The notes beneath the pieces were generated by a model that was not told where the DNA came from, made no database searches, and saw nothing but the letters and a program-made list of their open reading frames with translations. 31,710 nucleotides of DNA from a virus (taxonomy: Duplodnaviria > Caudoviricetes), in IMG/VR virus record IMGVR_UViG_3300024284_000017, positions 1 to 31,710 of that record, one strand, 5' to 3'. Below, piece by piece: positions 26,790 through 31,710 of the stretch. The translations under genes and the position numbers were made by a program. Each line of letters begins with the position of its first letter. The first letter of the stretch is position 1.

Positions 26790-27104
26790 TTAGCTTTGGG
26801 TTTTTTCTTCGGCGGGCGGTTCGTCGTCCTGCCACTTGCTGTTGTCGTCCAAGTCCGGGTAATTGGATTCCGGTTCGGCCTGGGGTGGTCGGGTTGTCTG
26901 CAAATCCAACAACGCCTGGACGGCGCGCTGGTATCCTTCGCGCAAGCAAGACGACACTAAGGTCGAGTGCGGGTTCGCGTCAGAAAATGCCGGCATGGAG
27001 TAGAGCACATGCTGCAACGCGATGGCTCCTGTGGTGCTCGCGAGGAAGTCCTTGAGAATCTTCGCGTCATCGCTGTCCCATTTGTTGGGCTCGTTTGAAA
27101 TCAT
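26790..27104 (-). CDS. Small conserved-type protein between portal and scaffold (Bbp19-like position)
   Basis: 104 aa; FLASTTG..AL...LREGYQRAVQALL pattern; synteny. Confidence 0.6.
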   Translation of the reverse strand: MISNEPNKWDSDDAKILKDFLASTTGAIALQHVLYSMPAFSDANPHSTLVSSCLREGYQRAVQALLDLQTTRPPQAEPESNYPDLDDNSKWQDDEPPAEEKTQS

Positions 27105-27125
27105 GGGTCTGTAGGGTTAGACCGG
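27104..27125 (-). repeat. Inverted-repeat partner of 19908-19929, covering the translation initiation region of 26790-27104
   Basis: ccggtctaACCCTACAGACCC-ATG; the final A of the match is the A of the start codon. Confidence 0.8.
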
Positions 27126-27128
27126 GTG

Positions 27129-29288
27129 CTAAAAGGTCTGTTCGGGGGCAGCGGTGGGTTCGGGTGGCAACTCTTGCGGAGTTACACCCGGAATAGGGTT
27201 GCCAGCTTCGTCGGTCGGACCAGGAGGCGCCCCTGCTTCCAGTTCGGCCTGACGTTGCTGAGCCATTGCGGTTTGCTGGGCCATTTCCGTGAGCTTCGGC
27301 ATCTGCGCCGCGAGCTTTCCGAGAATGTCCGAGAAAGGTTTCATCGCCGCCTTGTCCACTCCAGTCTGGAGTCCAATCTGCTCGTGCGCTTTGGCGTGTT
27401 TCAAAATCGCGGTGAGCGTGGTGATGGCGTGGGGGTCCTGAACCGCTTGCTGAGCGGTTGCCTCCAGGGCGGGCATCAAAATCTGCAAGTGGATGAGGTG
27501 ATTGTCGCGCGGCGACACCGGAACCTCGGTCCCCTGCGGGATGATGAGCGCGGACAGCTCCACCATCTGCGCGCGAGACTGCTCGGCCTGTTCCGTCGGG
27601 TCGTTGTCGGGCAACAGCACCGAGTTTGCAAATTCTTCGTCCACGAGCGCGATGAGTTTGCGCCGTTCCATTTCCTTGGCGTTGTAAAGCGAATTGCCGC
27701 GAGCTTCCTGAGCGATGATGACGACCTGCTGGCGTTTGATTTCGGTGTAGTCCTTTACAGTCTCCGTCGAAGGCATTTCCGAAATCTGTTTCAGCTCCTC
27801 TTTGGACATCACCATGAGAAGACGCTTCTGCATCGCCTTCGCATCGTCCTCGGAGGTGTTCGGGTCGCACGCGCGCCGCTGAATCGTGGTCATCGCCGCA
27901 GAAAACTGCGTGAGGAACCGCGAGATGACGTTGTCCTTGGTCTCTTCCTCGCGCGATGCGAGAAAATCCACCGCGGCCTTGGTCACGCGCTCGCCTTCCA
28001 GCGCGCGAGGCGTCGTGGCGCCCGCCATCTGGTCGAGGAGCCCCGTCAAAAACTGGTCAAGCTGAACGAACGGTTCAACCGCGGCGTCCAGCTTGCGTTC
28101 GAGCACGCTATATCCTTGCGCGATGAGAATCGCGTTGCCGACAACCGACATTCGGAAGCGTTTGAGGACTTTTTCGTCCGCCTGGATGATAACCTTGCCC
28201 GAAAGGTTCAACCGGTCCACAACTTCGTTGCGCGAGCGGTCGATGATGCCGGCGATGGAGTAAAGTTCGCGCCCGATTCCCTTCGAACCATGAACTGTCC
28301 CGTTGCCCTGCTGAAAAGTGAAGAACGCGGCGGCGTCCGCCATCGTTTTGTATTGGTCTTCGCTCGTGAACAGCTCGGTGAACGTCTTTTCCTCGAAAAT
28401 GTAGTGCGAAACCTGTCCGTCAATCTCGGTGGCGAGCAAATGCCACACGACGACCACGCGCGCGCCGCTCTCGTGCGACAATCCGAGGTTCGATTCGCGA
28501 ATCAGGTCCTCGTAAACGCGTTCCCAGGCGGAATACTGCGAGCGTCGGTCCTGCGGCATCGCCGAGTTGATAATCTGGACCGTGTTTTCGAGATTCCAGC
28601 CGCGAGTTTTCGCTGCGTCCTTGTCACTGATGAGTTCAAACAGCTCATGGAGCAGAAAAACTTCCTTGAGGCACACGACCTGCGCTTTTCCGGGGATGGG
28701 TTTCGTCCCGGTGGGCACCGCGGCGAAGTCCTGACGGAAAAATTTCGGGAACCAACTGAATTCGTCGAGCCAAGCCAGGACGGCCCAGCCAAAAAGTGCA
28801 TTTTCCTGAGCGAGGTCGCCCAAAAAATCTCGCCAGCCGGCGCGGTTGCGACACAGCGACGTGATTTCGCGACGGAAAGCCTCGGTTTTGACCGCGGCTC
28901 CTTCAATGTCGTCGGGAAGTTTCGAGTTGGTGAGAAATTTGACGCCCTCGATGGCCTGCACGAACCGCGGCGCGACCTTTTCGACGAGCATCGCGAGCAC
29001 CTTGGTCGAAAAATTTGCTTTCCAAGACAGGCCCTCATTTTCCAGCGCGTCCGTTCGATGCGGTTTTTCGCTGTTGACCTTGGCCTGGATGCGCGCGTTC
29101 TTGATGTTGCGCTCGCGTGAAGCGGCAAGCAACACCATCACAATGTTTCGCGCCTGGACCGCGTCGCGAATGGCCCGGTTTCCAGGCTTCAGATTTTTCG
29201 ACAGGTCGGGCGGCGACACCGCGCCCTTAAAATCGCCCTGGGGCGCCCCCGCGTATGAAGGTTCAGGCAGAGAAGGAGCTAGTGGCAT
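27129..29288 (-). CDS. Putative portal protein
   Basis: 719 aa, helix-rich, Gln/Ala/Pro-rich C-terminal extension with DNHLIHL; first large gene after the terminase. Confidence 0.75.
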   Translation of the reverse strand: MPLAPSLPEPSYAGAPQGDFKGAVSPPDLSKNLKPGNRAIRDAVQARNIVMVLLAASRERNIKNARIQAKVNSEKPHRTDALENEGLSWKANFSTKVLAMLVEKVAPRFVQAIEGVKFLTNSKLPDDIEGAAVKTEAFRREITSLCRNRAGWRDFLGDLAQENALFGWAVLAWLDEFSWFPKFFRQDFAAVPTGTKPIPGKAQVVCLKEVFLLHELFELISDKDAAKTRGWNLENTVQIINSAMPQDRRSQYSAWERVYEDLIRESNLGLSHESGARVVVVWHLLATEIDGQVSHYIFEEKTFTELFTSEDQYKTMADAAAFFTFQQGNGTVHGSKGIGRELYSIAGIIDRSRNEVVDRLNLSGKVIIQADEKVLKRFRMSVVGNAILIAQGYSVLERKLDAAVEPFVQLDQFLTGLLDQMAGATTPRALEGERVTKAAVDFLASREEETKDNVISRFLTQFSAAMTTIQRRACDPNTSEDDAKAMQKRLLMVMSKEELKQISEMPSTETVKDYTEIKRQQVVIIAQEARGNSLYNAKEMERRKLIALVDEEFANSVLLPDNDPTEQAEQSRAQMVELSALIIPQGTEVPVSPRDNHLIHLQILMPALEATAQQAVQDPHAITTLTAILKHAKAHEQIGLQTGVDKAAMKPFSDILGKLAAQMPKLTEMAQQTAMAQQRQAELEAGAPPGPTDEAGNPIPGVTPQELPPEPTAAPEQTF

Positions 29289-29641
29289 GAAAATTTTGCT
29301 TTGTAGGCGTGCGCCTTAGCCAACCATTCCGAATCATCCACCGCGGACAGTCGAATGTTGCAGCGGCAACACACGATGCCACGAACTTTTCCTGTGCAAT
29401 GGTCGTGGTCAACGTAAACTCGTTTCAACGGTTGTTCGCACACCGCGCACTTTCCGTCCTGGGCGATGACCATCGCATCCATCTCCAATTTGCTTATACC
29501 ATACCGTCGTTTCAGGTCCGGGCGGCGGGCAGCATAATGACGGAGCTGTTTTGCCTTGTCCTTGTCAGGATTCTCAGCCCGCCATTTTCGATGGTAGGCT
29601 CGCATGTATTCTCGCTTCGCGACTGAATCGGCGTAAGGCAT
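29279..29641 (-). CDS. Endonuclease VII-family HNH (free-standing homing endonuclease-like)
   Basis: RRYGIS...QDGKCAVC...VDHDHCTGKVRGIVCCRCN; overlaps the portal start by 10 nt. Confidence 0.9.
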   Translation of the reverse strand: MPYADSVAKREYMRAYHRKWRAENPDKDKAKQLRHYAARRPDLKRRYGISKLEMDAMVIAQDGKCAVCEQPLKRVYVDHDHCTGKVRGIVCCRCNIRLSAVDDSEWLAKAHAYKAKFSCH

Positions 29642-29649
29642 TCTTACCT

Positions 29650-29678
29650 AGAAGTGTCGGATTTCAGACGTTTGTCAA
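29650..29678 (-). promoter_or_regulatory. Promoter-like motif TTGACA-N16-CACTTCT (copy 3)
   Basis: TTGACA aacgtctgaaatccga CACTTCT, ending 8 nt before ATG 29641. Confidence 0.75.
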
Positions 29679-29912
29679 GGGCCATCTATGGTCTGGACAA
29701 GACTCTGTGGCGAGCTTGGATTTTGCGTCCACGAAACAGAAGCACAGGCCGCATTGCCGGGTCTTGGGCTTGAAGTGCGGGCACCGGTGGCAAAGGTCCA
29801 CCCGCTTCCCCGCTATCTCGGGACCCACGAACACTTTGGAGCCGGTGGCCGCGGCCACAACCACCCGGCGGACGGCTTTCAGCGCCGTTTTGACCGCTTT
29901 GATTTTTTGCAT
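29664..29912 (-). CDS. Small Cys-rich, probably Zn-binding protein
   Basis: R..LCHRCP...QCGLCFCF..K......CPDHRW; likely ATG 29912. Confidence 0.7.
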   Translation of the reverse strand: MQKIKAVKTALKAVRRVVVAAATGSKVFVGPEIAGKRVDLCHRCPHFKPKTRQCGLCFCFVDAKSKLATESCPDHRWPLTNV

Positions 29913-30181
29913 GACGTGCATCCGGGACCGGGCTGGGGGATGACTCGCTTGGGACGACTTGCGGCAGAAGGACCTCGGCAGTATCCGGGGAAATTTCGGC
30001 AAAGCTGCTCGTCAATCTCCCGCGCGGGGTCGCCCATAGATAACCTATTGATAGAGCGGTAGTTTACAACTTGCGAGACGAGCCGCGCGAAGGATTTTCC
30101 GAGGTGCTTCACGCCGGTGTCGTCAATAAACTCCCAACCGCCTGGGGGAAAGAGACCTCGATTAAAACGGAGGGTGCTCAT
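29879..30181 (-). CDS. Small hypothetical Cys-containing protein
   Basis: 100 aa; PPGGWEF...QLCRNFPGYC...CTSC; ATGA overlap with the terminase stop. Confidence 0.7.
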   Translation of the reverse strand: MSTLRFNRGLFPPGGWEFIDDTGVKHLGKSFARLVSQVVNYRSINRLSMGDPAREIDEQLCRNFPGYCRGPSAASRPKRVIPQPGPGCTSCKKSKRSKRR

Positions 30182-31710
30182 AATTCTAAATCCTCATCGG
30201 GGGTGTCCAGGTCATAAAAACGGTTGGTCCGGTCGCACCCAATATCCCGTGCCTGGGGGTCCCACTCGCTGGACTGATGGTCAACCGGGTCCACCGAGTC
30301 CTCGCCGGCCATGCTCGGGATAAAGCCGCTGCCCTTGCGCGCCGCGTGGACAAGCAGGGTGAACGCATCGGCCAAGTTCGGCGACTTGCCGGCGTGCCGC
30401 GATTTCCAATCCCGTTTCGACTCGACGTGTGACTTTTTCCCGGTCATTCGGAAAAACCGGTCCGTCAGTTCCCCAGTGAGGTCCGCCGTCTCCATGCCCA
30501 GCGCCACGTAGAGGAATCGAAACTCCAGCCACCGCTTGACCGCAAACCAAAGCTCGCTGTTCACACGGTCGTAAAGTTCCTTGGCCGTGTCTTCATCCTC
30601 GGCCATGATGCGGGTCTCGCTGGCGCCCTCGTAAAAGTTGACGCCGTGACACCGCCAGCCGCGGGTCTTCATGTAGTCGAACACGCCCTGCCCGTTGCCC
30701 GTGCGGTCAACCGCGAGATATTCCGGCTTGATGTGCAACTCGCGCGCGAGGCGCAGCACCGCGTCACCGACGGCGGTCGTGTCGCCCTTGGGGATGTGAA
30801 AAATTTTCTGGGCCAAAAGAATGTGCCGCGGCGCCTTGTGCCCGTTGCGGTCGTAGAACCAGATAATCTGCCCGCCGGGAAATTCCAAACTCGGTGGCAT
30901 CTTCACCGCACTCGCGCGGCCAAAAAGCCCGTTGACGAATTCACAGGTGTCGCCGCCCTCCAACGCCAAGTCCACGCCACCGACGGGCGTGGGCGTGTCA
31001 TACCAAATCGGTTCGCACTTCCACGTCGTCGTGAGCCCTGCCGGAATGACCGCGAGCACCATGCCCAGCGGCGGAAAACATCCGCGCACCATCGTCCAGT
31101 AACCGGGCGAGTCGAGCCCGCCGGCGTTGGCGATGATTTGCTGCATGCCTTCGTAGGTCTGCATGCCGGGATACACCTCGCGCTTCTGCTTGATGTTCTC
31201 AGACTGCATCGCGTCCAGGCGAACGACCCACCACTCACGCGTGGACATCCATTCGAAGTGCAGGTCCGGGTCAAAATCCGCCCAGCCGAAAGGCGGCTCG
31301 ACGCGGACGCCGACGTCACCGTTTTGGTCCGACGGGTTGAACGCACCGGCGACTTTCAGTCCCCCGTGTTTCGACGTATTCGAAAGCAAGTTGTCAATAT
31401 CATGCCACAAGCCCTTGGGCAGGTTGCTGATTTCGTCCACGAACACGAACAGCCGCGACGTCTCGCCGAACAGCGGATGAGTCTGCTTGCGGCGGAAGCG
31501 CGCAACACCTTGAAGCCGGCCCGCCGCTTTCTTCCCCTGGGGAATCACCACGCCTGTAATCGAGCCGCGCTTGGACCGCGCGTCGAGTCCGATGAACAAT
31601 TTTCCAATCTCACCCGGCAACGGAATCGCGGACTCACGGTGCAGCGTGACGAGGTGCGAAAAAAGATTCTGCTCCAGGTGGTCTTCGCTCGGACCCAGCA
31701 CGCGGATTGA
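30178..31710 (-). CDS. terL: Terminase large subunit (N-terminus outside window)
   Basis: Walker B-like FVFVDE, coupling-region AFNP, RNase H-like GVDLALEGGD, AVDRTGNGQGVFD, SPNLADAF; frame is open to the window edge. Confidence 0.9.
   Translation of the reverse strand, partial: SIRVLGPSEDHLEQNLFSHLVTLHRESAIPLPGEIGKLFIGLDARSKRGSITGVVIPQGKKAAGRLQGVARFRRKQTHPLFGETSRLFVFVDEISNLPKGLWHDIDNLLSNTSKHGGLKVAGAFNPSDQNGDVGVRVEPPFGWADFDPDLHFEWMSTREWWVVRLDAMQSENIKQKREVYPGMQTYEGMQQIIANAGGLDSPGYWTMVRGCFPPLGMVLAVIPAGLTTTWKCEPIWYDTPTPVGGVDLALEGGDTCEFVNGLFGRASAVKMPPSLEFPGGQIIWFYDRNGHKAPRHILLAQKIFHIPKGDTTAVGDAVLRLARELHIKPEYLAVDRTGNGQGVFDYMKTRGWRCHGVNFYEGASETRIMAEDEDTAKELYDRVNSELWFAVKRWLEFRFLYVALGMETADLTGELTDRFFRMTGKKSHVESKRDWKSRHAGKSPNLADAFTLLVHAARKGSGFIPSMAGEDSVDPVDHQSSEWDPQARDIGCDRTNRFYDLDTPDEDLEL

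Noticed and set aside
5-31710. Many long plus-strand ORFs (e.g. 2528-3943, 10259-12091, 27126-29120, 30646-31710)
   Set aside because: Antisense shadows of GC-biased minus-strand genes; no recognisable motifs, and the minus strand is already fully tiled.

Overview
GC-rich tailed-phage (podovirus-like) morphogenesis region, with every credible gene on the minus strand and packed almost without spacers. In transcription order (right to left): terminase large subunit (partial), two Cys-rich small ORFs, EndoVII-type HNH, portal, small protein, scaffold, then a five-gene glycan-modification block (three glycosyltransferase-like genes, a sulfotransferase-like gene and GDP-L-fucose synthase, interrupted by a second HNH). 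It continues with the major capsid protein, small capsid/lysis genes, a fibre with a P22 gp26-like tip, three collagen-like (Gly-Pro-Thr) fibres, head-tail/tail proteins, a GNAT, ejection-type proteins (one with a peptidase S74 domain) and a >1630-aa modular HExxH protein that runs off the window and is absent from the ORF track. Most notable: (1) a candidate virion glycosylation/fucosylation/sulfation system next to BclA-like Thr-rich collagens; (2) a 14-nt perfect (19/22) antisense match between the capsid-gene 3' region and the start region of the gene upstream of the scaffold; (3) the scaffold C-terminal ALDRxxxE motif reused at the ends of two small proteins; (4) a three-copy non-canonical promoter-like motif TTGACA-N16-CACTTCT; (5) a structured ~150-nt capsid leader. 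All calls come from motif reading and synteny; no database searches were run.
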